DNA of 64,000 bases from an uncultured Pseudomonadota bacterium (lineage in GTDB: Bacteria; Pseudomonadota; Alphaproteobacteria; RF32; CAG-239): contig CACWSG010000001.1 in NCBI GenBank assembly GCA_902763535.1, positions 51,957-115,956 of the forward strand, written 5' to 3'. Each line of letters begins with the position of its first letter. The stretch's first letter is position 1. Positions 30,569-41,353 of the stretch are shown one piece after another. Below the pieces are notes generated by a model. It did no database searches and had not been told where the DNA came from. It saw only the letters and a list, made by a program, of their open reading frames with translations. A program made the position numbers and the translations under genes.

Positions 30569-32737
30569 TTATTTGCTTAACCCCAACTCTTCCATTACCT
30601 GCTTTTTCAAGGTTACATTATCCGCCTTGCCGGTGGCAAAAGTAGGCAATTCTTTGTGCATAAGAATGACTCTCGGCAAATAAAGCTCCGGCAAGCCGTT
30701 CATCTTGATATATTCATGCAGTCTTTCCGAAGTAACCTTTTTGTTGGTTGTAACCAAAACCACCTGTTCGCCTTTGGTATCATGCGGCACGGCAACTACG
30801 CCATAATCAAACTCACCGTCTTTTTCAAAGGCTTTTACCACTGTCTCTAAAACGGCATTCAGTGATACCATCTCACCGCCGACTTTGGCAAAACGTTTGA
30901 TTCTGTCTTTAATATAAACAAAACCGATATCATCAATATCAACCACATCACCGGTATGATACCAGCCATCTTTCAAAGGAACCAACTTACCCGGATTATC
31001 CGGCATAATATAGCCCTTCATAACATTCGGACCTTTAACGCAAAGCTCGCCGCCCTTCTCAATTCCATCAACCGGCAAAAGCTTGTATTGAATCTTCGGC
31101 AAAAGCTTACCGATAGAGCCGAAACGATTGAAAATATGGTTATTGGCACATATAACCGGAGAACATTCGGTTGCACCATATCCTTCTTTAATGCTAACCC
31201 CCAATCTTTCGCCCCACAGGTTGCGCGTATCAGGTTTAATTGCTTCAGCACCGCCAACCATAACTCTGACATGATTAAAGTCCATCGGATGAGCAATCTT
31301 GGCATAACCGCGGAAAAATGTATCGGTACCCACCAGCAAGGTCGTGCCTATCTCATAAGACAATTCGGCAATAATACGATAATGCAACGGTGACGGGTAT
31401 AAAAACAACTTACTTCCTCTGAATATCGGGAACAAAGTTCCTACTGCCAACCCGAATGAATGAAACATCGGCAATGCATTCAACATCACATCATTCACAT
31501 CACAACTGTAAATACACGATATTTGATCAACATTGGAAATCACATTGGCATGGCTCAAAACTACTGCCTTTGGCGCACCTTCCGAACCGGAAGTAAACAG
31601 TACAACTGCTTCTTTATCTCCGCCGACCGGATGCGGCACGCGTTTAACCTTATAGCGGATATAGGCCTCAATTTTATCCCTCAAAGTGATATATTTACGC
31701 AAATCTTCAAGGAAAAAGATGTTATATCCGGCTTCGCGCAAATCATCAATCACATTTTCCATCTTAGCACCTCTTATAAAGGTGTGCGAAGTGATAATCA
31801 TTTTAACTTTGGCCGTATTGCACATTGACACCATGTTTTTGGCACCAACCGAAAAATTAAGCATTACCGGCACGCGCTCATAAGCCGACAAACCGAAAAA
31901 TGCACAAACCGTAGCCAAAGCATTAGGCATCAACAAAGCTATTCTGTCACCGGGGTTGGTCATTTTCTTAAAGAAACGTCCCAAAACAAACGACTTAACC
32001 ACCAAATCAAGATAGGACTGCGGCACGCGATTCACATCTTCAAAAAATTTCGGACGGAAAAACAAACCGCGCTTGGAGTTAATTTTAGCCGCTTTCATCA
32101 ACATCCCGAACAACGATATATCACCATTGTTAATTGCATCAAAACACATATCACGCATAATCATATAAATTTCGTTACTCAAGTGATCGCGTTGATTGCG
32201 CAAATTATCTTTCAACTTAAATTTAATCGGTTTTTGTACCGTGATGGTAATCTTGGGCAGCGGACGATGCGGCAACTTGCCCTTAGTCTTCGAAAAATAG
32301 CCGTATTGCGGTCCGTTAATCCAAATCGGCACTACCGGAGCATTAGCTTTATCAGCCAACAAACCGGGAGCCTCATAAATTTTCATCAAACCACCATTCT
32401 CGGTCATACGTCCCTCGGGGAAAATAACACAACGTCTGCCGGATTCGACCTTGGCAATCAATTCTTTCAAATCGGCCGGTTCAATCATGTTAAACGGCAT
32501 AATATCAGCCGTCTTCATGAATAGTCTTACCCATTTGTTACGATAGAGATGTCCGTTTAGGGCAAAAATCGGATCACCCGGCAAAAATGCAAAAAGCATT
32601 ATCGGGTCAAGATATGACACATGGTTGGAAATATAGACAGCCTTGGTCGGCAATTTATTAACATCAAACTGAATATTGCATCTGACTTTCAAAACCGTAA
32701 ACACCAAACGCAAAATAAATCGCACAAGATTTCTCAA
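30569..32737 (-). CDS. aas: Bifunctional 2-acyl-GPE acyltransferase / acyl-ACP synthetase (Aas-like)
   Basis: N-terminal PlsC-type acyltransferase domain (NHVSYLDP, VIFPEGRMTENG) fused to an AMP-binding adenylation domain (…LFTSGSEGAPKAVVLSHANV…, YGATE). 722 aa. Confidence 0.8.
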   Translation of the reverse strand: MRNLVRFILRLVFTVLKVRCNIQFDVNKLPTKAVYISNHVSYLDPIMLFAFLPGDPIFALNGHLYRNKWVRLFMKTADIMPFNMIEPADLKELIAKVESGRRCVIFPEGRMTENGGLMKIYEAPGLLADKANAPVVPIWINGPQYGYFSKTKGKLPHRPLPKITITVQKPIKFKLKDNLRNQRDHLSNEIYMIMRDMCFDAINNGDISLFGMLMKAAKINSKRGLFFRPKFFEDVNRVPQSYLDLVVKSFVLGRFFKKMTNPGDRIALLMPNALATVCAFFGLSAYERVPVMLNFSVGAKNMVSMCNTAKVKMIITSHTFIRGAKMENVIDDLREAGYNIFFLEDLRKYITLRDKIEAYIRYKVKRVPHPVGGDKEAVVLFTSGSEGAPKAVVLSHANVISNVDQISCIYSCDVNDVMLNALPMFHSFGLAVGTLFPIFRGSKLFLYPSPLHYRIIAELSYEIGTTLLVGTDTFFRGYAKIAHPMDFNHVRVMVGGAEAIKPDTRNLWGERLGVSIKEGYGATECSPVICANNHIFNRFGSIGKLLPKIQYKLLPVDGIEKGGELCVKGPNVMKGYIMPDNPGKLVPLKDGWYHTGDVVDIDDIGFVYIKDRIKRFAKVGGEMVSLNAVLETVVKAFEKDGEFDYGVVAVPHDTKGEQVVLVTTNKKVTSERLHEYIKMNGLPELYLPRVILMHKELPTFATGKADNVTLKKQVMEELGLSK

Positions 32738-32841
32738 ATTAAAGTCCTCCGAGAGTTTAAGTTGCCAATCTTCTACCCTAAAAACAAAGCTCTGTAAAGC
32801 AAAATTTTTATCCCCTTTGGTTTAGCCGATTCGCTTTTAAG

Positions 32842-32853
32842 TCAATCGATTGA
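32842..32853. promoter_or_regulatory. Perfect 12-bp palindrome TCAATCGATTGA in the aas/tetR divergent region; candidate TetR operator
   Basis: The same 12-mer recurs at 33639-33650, with a near-copy at 33617-33628, upstream of fadL. Confidence 0.55.
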
Positions 32854-32919
32854 TTTTATTATATTTTCAGAAGGAAAATAACTGGTGGATAAAATTTTTA
32901 TTGTAATTTCAAACAAATA

Positions 32920-33615
32920 ATGCATAATAAGGCAAAATTTAACAATTTTAAATCGGATAAAACTATGCCTAACGATTCCAAAGCTAAATTACTCTTAAGT
33001 GCCTTTGAAGAATTTGCCAAAAACGGATTCTTTGGTGCCTCCACTCGCGATATTGCCGCCAAAGCCAATATTAATATATCTTCTATTCTTTATTATTTTG
33101 GCGGCAAAAAAGGTATCTATACCGCTGCCTTAAAAAATATTGTCAATGTAGTTAATGATATGACGGCTGATTTGACCGCGCAATATCAGGTAGTGCAAAA
33201 AAGCGAAAATCAATCTGATGCCGCTGCCCTCCTAAAAGATTTCATGCAACGCTTTTTGATGATTATCTGCTCGGAGACCTTGTCTATTGATATGAAAAAA
33301 GTTTTTTTGAGTGAGTATTCCTGCCCCACGGAAGAATTTTCGATTCTCTATGATGAGTTGATTCGTCCCTTTCACGACAAAATTTCCTCATTGTTGCATT
33401 GGGCATCGGCCAAAAAAATTCCGCTTAAAGACTGCTATTTTTATGTAATTACCTTGTTTTCAACTTTCTTCGTCTTTATCTCGCGTGAAGAAAACATTTG
33501 CAAAATTATGGAATGGGATAAGGCTGATGAAAAAGTTTTAGACAAGTTATTAACTTATACCAACAAACAGATAGACTTTATTTTATCGGCATTTTCGCAG
33601 GACAGTAAAAAATAA
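32920..33615 (+). CDS. TetR/AcrR-family transcriptional regulator
   Basis: HTH AKLLLSAFEEFAKNGFFGASTRDIAAKANINISSILYYFGGKKGIY. 231 aa (or shorter from an internal Met). Confidence 0.85.
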   Translation: MHNKAKFNNFKSDKTMPNDSKAKLLLSAFEEFAKNGFFGASTRDIAAKANINISSILYYFGGKKGIYTAALKNIVNVVNDMTADLTAQYQVVQKSENQSDAAALLKDFMQRFLMIICSETLSIDMKKVFLSEYSCPTEEFSILYDELIRPFHDKISSLLHWASAKKIPLKDCYFYVITLFSTFFVFISREENICKIMEWDKADEKVLDKLLTYTNKQIDFILSAFSQDSKK

Positions 33616-33616
33616 T

Positions 33617-33679
33617 TCAATCGAGTGATTAAAATTATTCAATCGATTGATTGACATTTAAAATTTTTTGTTTTATAAC
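33617..33679 (+). promoter_or_regulatory. fadL promoter (TTGACA-17-TATAAC) overlapped by TCAATCGATTGA operator copies
   Basis: -35 at 33651-33656 and -10 at 33674-33679. Palindrome at 33639-33650 and degenerate copy at 33617-33628. Confidence 0.55.
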
Positions 33680-33715
33680 CTCCTTGTATTTTGAAACTAT
33701 CAAGGAGTTCTTAAA

Positions 33716-34951
33716 TTGAAAAAATTAGTAACTTTCACCGCTTTGGCCACTGTTTTGGCTATTGCAAACAATGCTAACGCCGCCGGATTCCAGCTGCGTG
33801 AACAATCGGCCGCCGCTCAAGGTAACGCTTTTGCCGGTGCCACAGCCGGAGCCGAAAACCCATCTTATGCTTTCTTTAATGTAGCCGGCTTAACTCGTCA
33901 AAAAGGAATTCAGGTCAACCTCGGTGGAACTTATATTGCTCCTCAGGCTGAAGCCAGAAACATTTCCGGAGGCTTGCCGACAAGCGAAACCGGTGAGCAA
34001 CACAATATTGTTCACGCCGCCATTGCTCCTAACGGAACCGTATCTTACCAGCTTGATGATAAAACTGTTTTGGGTGTAAGCGTTAACTCTCCTTTTGGCA
34101 TGATTACCAAATACAATGCCAACTGGGCCGGTTCTGCACATGGCAACACTTCCCGCGTTCACACCATCACTATTACCCCGATGGCTGCATATAAAGTTAC
34201 TGACCAATTATCTCTTGGTGCCGGATTTGTGGTTGAAAAAGTTCGTGCTCGTTTAACCAGCAAAGCCAGAGGTGTCTATGATACTGCTGTTCATGGCGAC
34301 ACCACCGATATCGGCTATCAATTAGGTGCTATGTATGAGTTAAACGACAATACTCGTTTTGGTATTGGCTATCGTAGTGAAATGAAACACAAAATCCAAG
34401 GTGAAATAGAATCTTCTCCACTATTGGGAGCATTGATGAATCAAGACATCAACTGCGACTTGGATCTTCCGGCAACTTTCTCTTTGGGTGCTTATCACAA
34501 ACTCAACGACAAATGGGAGTTGATGGCTGAATATCAACGCACTTATTGGTCATCTTTTGATCGTTTGGATTTCAACGGCAAAGATAATCCGGCTTTTCAT
34601 TCCAGAACCTATGAAAACTGGCGCGACACCAATTTCTATGCCTTGGGTGCCTCTTATCAAATCGACGATCAGTGGAAAGCTCGTTTCGGTGTAGCTTTTG
34701 ACCAAGCTGCTGCCAAAAGAGCCGAACGCACACCGCGTATTCCCGATTCTGATCGTATTTGGTACTCTTTTGGTTTGAATTATAAATATAATGAAAAATT
34801 GAGCTTTGATATGGCTTATACCTACATCCAAGCCAAAGATGCGACTGTTGATACTGCCAACACTCGTAACAGAGGCACCGGACCCGAAGTTTATGCCGAC
34901 TACAAAAACTCGGTTAAGATGTGGGGCTTGTCTTTGAACTACAAGTTCTAA
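33716..34951 (+). CDS. fadL: Outer-membrane long-chain fatty acid/hydrophobic compound transporter (FadL/TodX family)
   Basis: Signal peptide ending ANA-AG, N-terminal hatch segment GFQLREQSAAAQGNAFAG, C-terminal beta-barrel ending …SLNYKF. Confidence 0.85.
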   Translation: MKKLVTFTALATVLAIANNANAAGFQLREQSAAAQGNAFAGATAGAENPSYAFFNVAGLTRQKGIQVNLGGTYIAPQAEARNISGGLPTSETGEQHNIVHAAIAPNGTVSYQLDDKTVLGVSVNSPFGMITKYNANWAGSAHGNTSRVHTITITPMAAYKVTDQLSLGAGFVVEKVRARLTSKARGVYDTAVHGDTTDIGYQLGAMYELNDNTRFGIGYRSEMKHKIQGEIESSPLLGALMNQDINCDLDLPATFSLGAYHKLNDKWELMAEYQRTYWSSFDRLDFNGKDNPAFHSRTYENWRDTNFYALGASYQIDDQWKARFGVAFDQAAAKRAERTPRIPDSDRIWYSFGLNYKYNEKLSFDMAYTYIQAKDATVDTANTRNRGTGPEVYADYKNSVKMWGLSLNYKF

Positions 34952-35131
34952 GATATTTCAATTTATACAATAATGCCCTTGATAACTTCATCAAGGGCAT
35001 TATTTATTTTTAAGCAAATAACATTATTAAGATTATCAAAACAAAAGCAATCTTTCCGATATTTTGCATAAACCCCTCGCCCATTGTCAAACCATCAATG
35101 AGCATATAATGGATTTAGCTTCTTTTTCAAA

Positions 35132-35773
35132 CTAGTGATAAGTTCTAATCAGCGAACTCAGGATTCCTTGCACTTTTACTCTTCCGGCGGCCAATTTGCG
35201 CGTTTGATAAGCGCTGTTTTGCGGTATCAACTCAACATAGGCTCCCGATTTTTTGATTTTTTTCAAAGTTGCTTCCGTATTATCCACCAAAGCCACCACA
35301 ATATCACCGTTATTAGCTGTTTCGGTTCTTTTTATAATAACAGTGTCGCCATCCATAATTCCGGCTTCAATCATTGAATCTCCTTCAATCGTCAAAGCAT
35401 AATAATCACCGCCATAAACCATGGCTGCCGGAATACTGAGCTTATCATTTTCATTGGCAATAGCTTCAATCGGTGTTCCTGCTGCAATTTTACCATAAAG
35501 AGGAATTTCCACCGAAGGAGTTGCTTTTTCGGTAGGTATCACCACATTAGACGGCTTTATTTTAGGCAATCGCAACACTTCCAATGCTCTAGCTTTGTGC
35601 GGCAACTTTCGAATAAAATTGCGCTCCACAAGAGCATCAATCAAAGCATGAATGCCGGATTTTGATTTTAAACCGATAGCGTCTTTCATCTCATCAAAAG
35701 AGGGACAACATCCGGTTTCTTTGATAGTTTTATGAATAAACAGTAACAAATTATATTGTTTTGGTGTTAACAT
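35132..35773 (-). CDS. lexA: LexA repressor
   Basis: N-terminal winged HTH (LTPKQYNLLLFIHKTIKETGCCPSFDEMKDAIGLKS). Ala-Gly cleavage site (IAAGTP). S24 peptidase Ser/Lys (GDSMIEAG…VIIKRT). Confidence 0.9.
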   Translation of the reverse strand: MLTPKQYNLLLFIHKTIKETGCCPSFDEMKDAIGLKSKSGIHALIDALVERNFIRKLPHKARALEVLRLPKIKPSNVVIPTEKATPSVEIPLYGKIAAGTPIEAIANENDKLSIPAAMVYGGDYYALTIEGDSMIEAGIMDGDTVIIKRTETANNGDIVVALVDNTEATLKKIKKSGAYVELIPQNSAYQTRKLAAGRVKVQGILSSLIRTYH

Positions 35774-35805
35774 AACGCAACTCCTTAATTGATTTGTTCT
35801 AGTTT

Positions 35806-35820
35806 AGTTCTATTAAAAAC
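35806..35820. promoter_or_regulatory. Alphaproteobacterial-type LexA box GTTC-N7-GTTC upstream of lexA
   Basis: gttctagtttagttc lies 33 bp upstream of the lexA start codon, in the lexA/lysS divergent region. Confidence 0.7.
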
Positions 35821-35941
35821 ATTTTGTCAAGCCAAAAAAATATTTCTTTGACGATTTAACTGTATTTTTTATTTGAAAATAAATTAACTTGCTATTATAG
35901 TGGGTGAAGTTTTTTATAATAAATATTAATAGGAATATATC

Positions 35942-37414
35942 ATGTCTAACGAAACTAATATTCATCGTGAATCGCGCCTAAATAAGCTGCACGACTTACA
36001 AGAAAAAGGCTATAACCCCTACCCTTATTGTTTCAAACCCAATGCAAAAGCGGCTGACTTGCAAGAAAAATACAAAGATTTGGAAGCAGGCGCTGATACA
36101 TCTGACAGGGTAACCATTGCCGGACGCGCCATGGCCGTGCGCAACAACGGAATGTTTATTGATGTTAAAGACATGAGCGGCAAAATTCAGGCTTTTTGCC
36201 ACAAAAATCATCTACCGGAAGAAGATTTGGCTTTGCTTAAAGACTTGGATGTCGGCGACATCGTCGGAATTTCCGGTTATGTTCGCCGCACCCCGCGCGG
36301 AGAATTATCAATTGCCGCTGAGCACTTTGACATAATATCAAAATCACTGCAAGCTCTGCCGGAAAAATTCCATGGTCTGACCGATATTGATGCGCGTTAT
36401 CGTCAACGTTATGTTGATTTTATCATGAATGACGACAGCAAAGAAATCTATCGTAAACGTTGCGAAATTATCTCAGCTGTTCGCCGTTATTTTGAGGAAA
36501 ATGACTTTTTGGAAGTTGAAACTCCGATGTTGCACCCGATTATGGGCGGCGCATCAGCCAAACCTTTCATAACTCACCACAACACTTTGGATATGGACTT
36601 ATATTTGCGTATCGCCCCCGAATTATATTTGAAAAAATTGGTTGTCGGCGGTTTTGATCGCGTATTTGAAATCGGGCGCAACTTCCGCAATGAAGGCATT
36701 GATAAAACCCATAATCCTGAATTTACGGCTTTGGAAGCCTATCAAGCTTACGCTGACTACAATGACATGGCGGAACTCATTCCCAATCTGTTGCGCTATG
36801 TTGCTCAAAAAGTTTTGGGAACAACCATCATCAATGTTAACGGCAACGAAATTGATTTAAGCAAGCCCTTTGCCAAAAAATCAATGATTGATTTGGTAAA
36901 AGAAGCTACCGGAGCTGATTTCTTGAGCGTTGAAACTCTGGAAGATGCTGTTGCTTTGGCAAAATCAGTCGGCGTTGATGCATCATCTTGTATTTCTTGG
37001 GGTAAAGTTATATCTGAAGTATTTGATGCCAAAGTTGAGCCCAATTTGATTCAACCGATTTTGGTTATGGATATGCCGCGTGATATTTCGCCTTTGGCAA
37101 AAACACACCGCTCCAATCCACGTTTGGTTGAACATTTTGATGCTTATGTCGGCGGCATGGAAGTCGGTTGTGCTTATTCTGAATTATCCAACCCCTTGGA
37201 GCAACGCGAACGTTTTGAAGCTCAAAGTAAAGATCGCGAAAAAGGCGATGATGAAGCCCAAATGCTTGATGAAGATTTCATCAATGCGCTTGAAAACGCC
37301 TTTCCTCCCACCGGCGGTATGGGAATGGGATTGGATCGACTGGCAATTTTGTTGACCGGTGCCGAGACCATTCGCGATGTGATTGCTTTTCCAACTTTAC
37401 GCAAAAAAGACTAA
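35942..37414 (+). CDS. lysS: Lysine--tRNA ligase (class II)
   Basis: OB-fold N-terminus. Class II motifs ([23 protein letters not shown]). 490 aa. Confidence 0.92.
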   Translation: MSNETNIHRESRLNKLHDLQEKGYNPYPYCFKPNAKAADLQEKYKDLEAGADTSDRVTIAGRAMAVRNNGMFIDVKDMSGKIQAFCHKNHLPEEDLALLKDLDVGDIVGISGYVRRTPRGELSIAAEHFDIISKSLQALPEKFHGLTDIDARYRQRYVDFIMNDDSKEIYRKRCEIISAVRRYFEENDFLEVETPMLHPIMGGASAKPFITHHNTLDMDLYLRIAPELYLKKLVVGGFDRVFEIGRNFRNEGIDKTHNPEFTALEAYQAYADYNDMAELIPNLLRYVAQKVLGTTIINVNGNEIDLSKPFAKKSMIDLVKEATGADFLSVETLEDAVALAKSVGVDASSCISWGKVISEVFDAKVEPNLIQPILVMDMPRDISPLAKTHRSNPRLVEHFDAYVGGMEVGCAYSELSNPLEQRERFEAQSKDREKGDDEAQMLDEDFINALENAFPPTGGMGMGLDRLAILLTGAETIRDVIAFPTLRKKD

Positions 37415-38549
37415 GATATTGCAAAAATTTTCATCACTAAAGCTCAAATGGCTGTTGATTAAATGTTCGCGTTTAATCGCAGCTTTGGCTTTTGTGATGT
37501 TTATTGTCTTTCATTTTAACACATCAAACAATTCTCAAAATGATGAAGTTGCTTCTGCACCGACACCCGATGGTGATGAAACTTATGTCTCAATGTATGA
37601 GAATTTTGATAAACAGTCTTCTCTTTCGCAAGAAAATCTCTCTTCATCATCAAATGAAATCTCTCCCTCCAAAACCAATAGTGAATATGATGAGCTGGCT
37701 TTGGCTGTTGAGTTAGGAACCTCAACTGAAATAACTTATGATGATGAGATTCCTCAATTATATGATACTTTATACGAAGAAGTTTTACCTGATGACATCA
37801 TTGACTTTGACCACCCTGAAGTTAATACTAAGCATAAAAATATAAGTGTTCCTGCGCAAAAACCGGCTTATTTTGGTAAAAATCCGCTTATTGCCATCGT
37901 AATTGATGATATGGGAATAAATCATCGTAGAACTGCTGAAATAAGTTCACTTAACTATCCCCTGACAGCTTCTTTTTTGACCTATGGCACCAATATTGAT
38001 GAACAAGTCAATCATTCACAAACCTCGGGACATGAAATTATGCTGCACGCACCGATGGAAGCCTTAAGCACCACCGAAAATGCTCCTGATGTTTTGACCA
38101 CTGCTATGTCAGCACAAGAAATCAAAGATAACTTTTCCGTTATGTTGCAGAAAGTTAAAAATATTAAAGGGGTTAATAATCATATGGGAAGCAAGCTGAC
38201 CCAAGATAAGGAAAAAATGCTTGCTGTTATGGAAGTTATCAAAGAACATAACCTATTCTTTCTTGATTCGCGAACATCAGCAAAATCAGTCGCTGATAAA
38301 GCAGCTCAAGAAATGAAAGTTAAATATGCTACTCGTAATATCTTTTTAGATAACAACAACGATAAAAACTATATTCTTAAACAATTAGAACACACCGAAA
38401 ATCTGGCTCGCAAAAACGGTTATGCTATTGCTATCGGACATCCCAAAAGCCAAACGGTTGCCGCTTTACAAGAATGGTTGCCATCATTGCAAAACAAAGG
38501 TATAAAATTGGTACATTTAAGCGAAATCATCAATATTCTAAACCAATAA
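37383..38549 (+). CDS. Divergent polysaccharide deacetylase family protein (YibQ-like)
   Basis: N-terminal TM, Ser/acidic-rich linker, C-terminal domain with [12 protein letters not shown] and HAPME motifs. Confidence 0.7.
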   Translation: MLFQLYAKKTKILQKFSSLKLKWLLIKCSRLIAALAFVMFIVFHFNTSNNSQNDEVASAPTPDGDETYVSMYENFDKQSSLSQENLSSSSNEISPSKTNSEYDELALAVELGTSTEITYDDEIPQLYDTLYEEVLPDDIIDFDHPEVNTKHKNISVPAQKPAYFGKNPLIAIVIDDMGINHRRTAEISSLNYPLTASFLTYGTNIDEQVNHSQTSGHEIMLHAPMEALSTTENAPDVLTTAMSAQEIKDNFSVMLQKVKNIKGVNNHMGSKLTQDKEKMLAVMEVIKEHNLFFLDSRTSAKSVADKAAQEMKVKYATRNIFLDNNNDKNYILKQLEHTENLARKNGYAIAIGHPKSQTVAALQEWLPSLQNKGIKLVHLSEIINILNQ

Positions 38550-38563
38550 AAAAAGGGGGCTGA

Positions 38564-39271
38564 TTATTTTTCAGACCCCCTTTTTTGTTGTTGTACTTTG
38601 CGACTTATCATTTTGACAACTCGTCTTTTGCGGAAAATTCCCTTAACTTGTAATTTATCGGCCAACCAATCTCGTGAAATACGATTAGCTTTCAGTCGAT
38701 CCAATATAAATTCCGGCCAACGCATCCATTCATAAGGAGAACTGACCAAGCACTCAACTATCGTGTTGTGATAAGAATTGCGCGCCAGCACATCTTTCAG
38801 ATTACACCCGCTGCCCAAATCATCGACCAAAAACTCTTCTTGGTTAAAGGGAAGAATTTTTATCAATGTTCTTGTTGCATTATAATCCGAAGAATTGTCG
38901 TGAACAACACACCAAGTTGCATTTCTTTTGACGAATTCAACCATGACTTTTACAAGCATCTTGTCTTGATTAGCCTGCCACCCCATCCAAGACGGATATT
39001 GAGATGATGATCCGAGTTCGTTTTTTATGCAAGCATAAACGAGTTCAAGTAATTTAGTCGTTTGAACTTCATCAATCTCATGCAAATCACGAACATTTTT
39101 CATAATGGCAAAAAACGCCATTTTTTTATCATCATCACATGAAACCACATCAGAAAAATGATTAATGATAATGGCAAACAAATCTAAAGCAGCCGCCTCA
39201 TTGGCAGAATTGTCATTTGTATAAGCCAGCAAAGCTGTTCGAAGTTTTTTGTAATCTTCTTTCATAAGCAT
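38564..39271 (-). CDS. Hypothetical protein (235 aa)
   Basis: Long ORF with no recognisable motif. Last gene before tRNA-Glu(TTC). Confidence 0.4.
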   Translation of the reverse strand: MLMKEDYKKLRTALLAYTNDNSANEAAALDLFAIIINHFSDVVSCDDDKKMAFFAIMKNVRDLHEIDEVQTTKLLELVYACIKNELGSSSQYPSWMGWQANQDKMLVKVMVEFVKRNATWCVVHDNSSDYNATRTLIKILPFNQEEFLVDDLGSGCNLKDVLARNSYHNTIVECLVSSPYEWMRWPEFILDRLKANRISRDWLADKLQVKGIFRKRRVVKMISRKVQQQKRGSEK

Positions 39272-39407
39272 AAAAATTTATTCATAATATAATTCGTGGC
39301 GAGTTTATATGGGTTAAACTGCTTTGTCAAGAAAGCAAACAAAAATTTTAAAAAAACTCTTGACCTATAAAAATTTTACTTGTATATAGCATAAGTCATC
39401 ATTTGAT

Positions 39408-39482
39408 GGTCCCATCGTCTAATGGTTAGGACATCACCCTTTCACGGTGGTAATATGGGTTCGAATCCCGTTGGGATCACCA
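39408..39482 (+). tRNA. tRNA-Glu (anticodon TTC); integration site of the downstream island
   Basis: GGTCCCATCGTCTAATGGTTAGGACATCACCCTTTCACGGTGGTAATATGGGTTCGAATCCCGTTGGGATCACCA. Anticodon loop CT-TTC-AC. A Rho-independent terminator follows at 39483-39520. Confidence 0.9.
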
Positions 39483-40990
39483 ATCGCAACACCCTCGATT
39501 TTCGGGGGTGTTTTTTTGTTTAAAGAATCTATCAAATCAAAAGGTTTTCTAAGGTTATAAGAGATTTTCCTATCCTTCATTTGCAAGTTCGAAAGTAAAA
39601 GTTTCAAAATCGCTCTTTTGGTCTCTACTTTCGAACTTTTGAAAATTTGGTAGGCATTATTCCCCAATGAAAGTATTGTTGATATTGCGATAGAGAAGTT
39701 TTTATCAGCCTCGGTCAATAAAGCAGACTTTCCCTCAAGTTCGTATTGTTCTTGTTTAACGTCTTCATTCATATCCCGATATTCTTCGGGCGTAATATGA
39801 CCTTCAAGCAGTAATGACCGCAATCGTTTAATCTTGTCTTGGCAATTGTCATATTTCTGACGAATTGCTCGCACTTCCTTATTATGAGCCTCATTTTGTT
39901 TATTGATGATTTTTTCCATATCAGCCTTAAGATATGGCATAATTTCTTGTGGAACGTGCAAATTCTTTAACTCACCTTCTATTGCCTCTAATGCAACATT
40001 TTCATTAATTTGAGGGTTTTCACAATTGCCTTTGAAATGCGAACACTTCAAATAGATATACTCCTTTCCGCTTGGTTTTGTTTTTTTATAGCTGCTGATA
40101 GTACAGCCACATACGCCGCAAGTCATAAGCCCTCTGAAAATAAAAGGCTCTTCAGTCGCCTTAAACGGTATTTTTTCTTCTGGTTTACGACCGTGCATAA
40201 TATCTTGGCAAGTTTGAAACAATGCAGGAGCAATGAACGTTTCATATTGATGCTTAAATACATTCTCCCTGTATATCATTTCCCCTATGTAAAATTTGTT
40301 GTTCAAAATACGATGAACTGCACTGGTATTTAATGGTTTACCGTTGTATTTACTCGTCAAACCCCATTCTTTACATTGTTTTACCATATCTTTTAATGAA
40401 TATAAGCCTGTTGCATAGCGTTCAAACAGCTTTTGTATAATTGGCGCTCGTTCATTATCAACAATAACATCAGCTTTACCATCTGGTTTTCTAACATTAA
40501 AATATCCTAAAGGAGCTCTATACATACAAAAACCGTGTTCGGCTTGATGATTCATACCACTAACAACGTTATCTCGCAAAGAAAGAACATAGTTTTGTGC
40601 CATAACGACATTTAAGCCTAAAATCGTTAAATCACCAGCTTTTGAATTTTTATCAAGCACCAAATTCTCTTGCACTAAGTGAAGTTCTAATTGACCGCTC
40701 TTACGCATTTCATCAATCATTGTATAGTTTTTGAAGTTACGCATTAAGCGGTCAGTTTTCAAACAAACCAGAGCTATACCACCACGTTGTTTCTTACAAA
40801 AAGCCAATATCTCCATAAAGTGCTTGCGTTCACCACGAGTGGAACTTTCAACCAGTTCAGCATCTTTTATAATATTTAAGCCTTTTCGTTCGCAGTATTG
40901 CTTCAACACTTCTTGCTGATTTTGCAACGAGTAGCCCTCTTGCGATTGCATAGTAGTCGATACACGACGTAATAAAACAGCATTTTTCAT
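39434..40990 (-). CDS. Large serine recombinase (integrase)
   Basis: N-terminal resolvase catalytic domain (VLLRRVSTTMQSQEGYSLQNQ…, catalytic Ser in RVST). Recombinase domain, Cys-containing zinc-ribbon region (CGVCGCT…CSHFKGNC) and coiled-coil. The last ~16 codons are antisense tRNA-Glu sequence. Confidence 0.85.
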   Translation of the reverse strand: MKNAVLLRRVSTTMQSQEGYSLQNQQEVLKQYCERKGLNIIKDAELVESSTRGERKHFMEILAFCKKQRGGIALVCLKTDRLMRNFKNYTMIDEMRKSGQLELHLVQENLVLDKNSKAGDLTILGLNVVMAQNYVLSLRDNVVSGMNHQAEHGFCMYRAPLGYFNVRKPDGKADVIVDNERAPIIQKLFERYATGLYSLKDMVKQCKEWGLTSKYNGKPLNTSAVHRILNNKFYIGEMIYRENVFKHQYETFIAPALFQTCQDIMHGRKPEEKIPFKATEEPFIFRGLMTCGVCGCTISSYKKTKPSGKEYIYLKCSHFKGNCENPQINENVALEAIEGELKNLHVPQEIMPYLKADMEKIINKQNEAHNKEVRAIRQKYDNCQDKIKRLRSLLLEGHITPEEYRDMNEDVKQEQYELEGKSALLTEADKNFSIAISTILSLGNNAYQIFKSSKVETKRAILKLLLSNLQMKDRKISYNLRKPFDLIDSLNKKTPPKIEGVAIGDPNGIRTHITTVKG

Positions 40991-41353
40991 TACTAATTAT
41001 CCTTATTATTAAAAGTATCATATCATACAATTTTAGACAAAAACAAGCAAATTATTTAAGACTAAACATTTTTAATAATGATTAGTTTTCTAATAAAAAT
41101 CTTACCAAAAACCCTTAGTTACAAATAATTTCCCAACCAAAAACCTCTTTTACATAATTTCAATACAAGCCAATTGGTGGTTTGTCAGCAAAATGCCTGT
41201 AAGCATTTTTGTCCAAACAATGATAAATGAAAAAGTTGGAAATTGTAAAATCGTGGTATCCGAATGAAACATTGTCTGATGATGATGCTTCAAGAATATA
41301 TGAACGATTATTGCAACTTTTTCTACTTTTTTACAATGAGGACAATCTGACTA

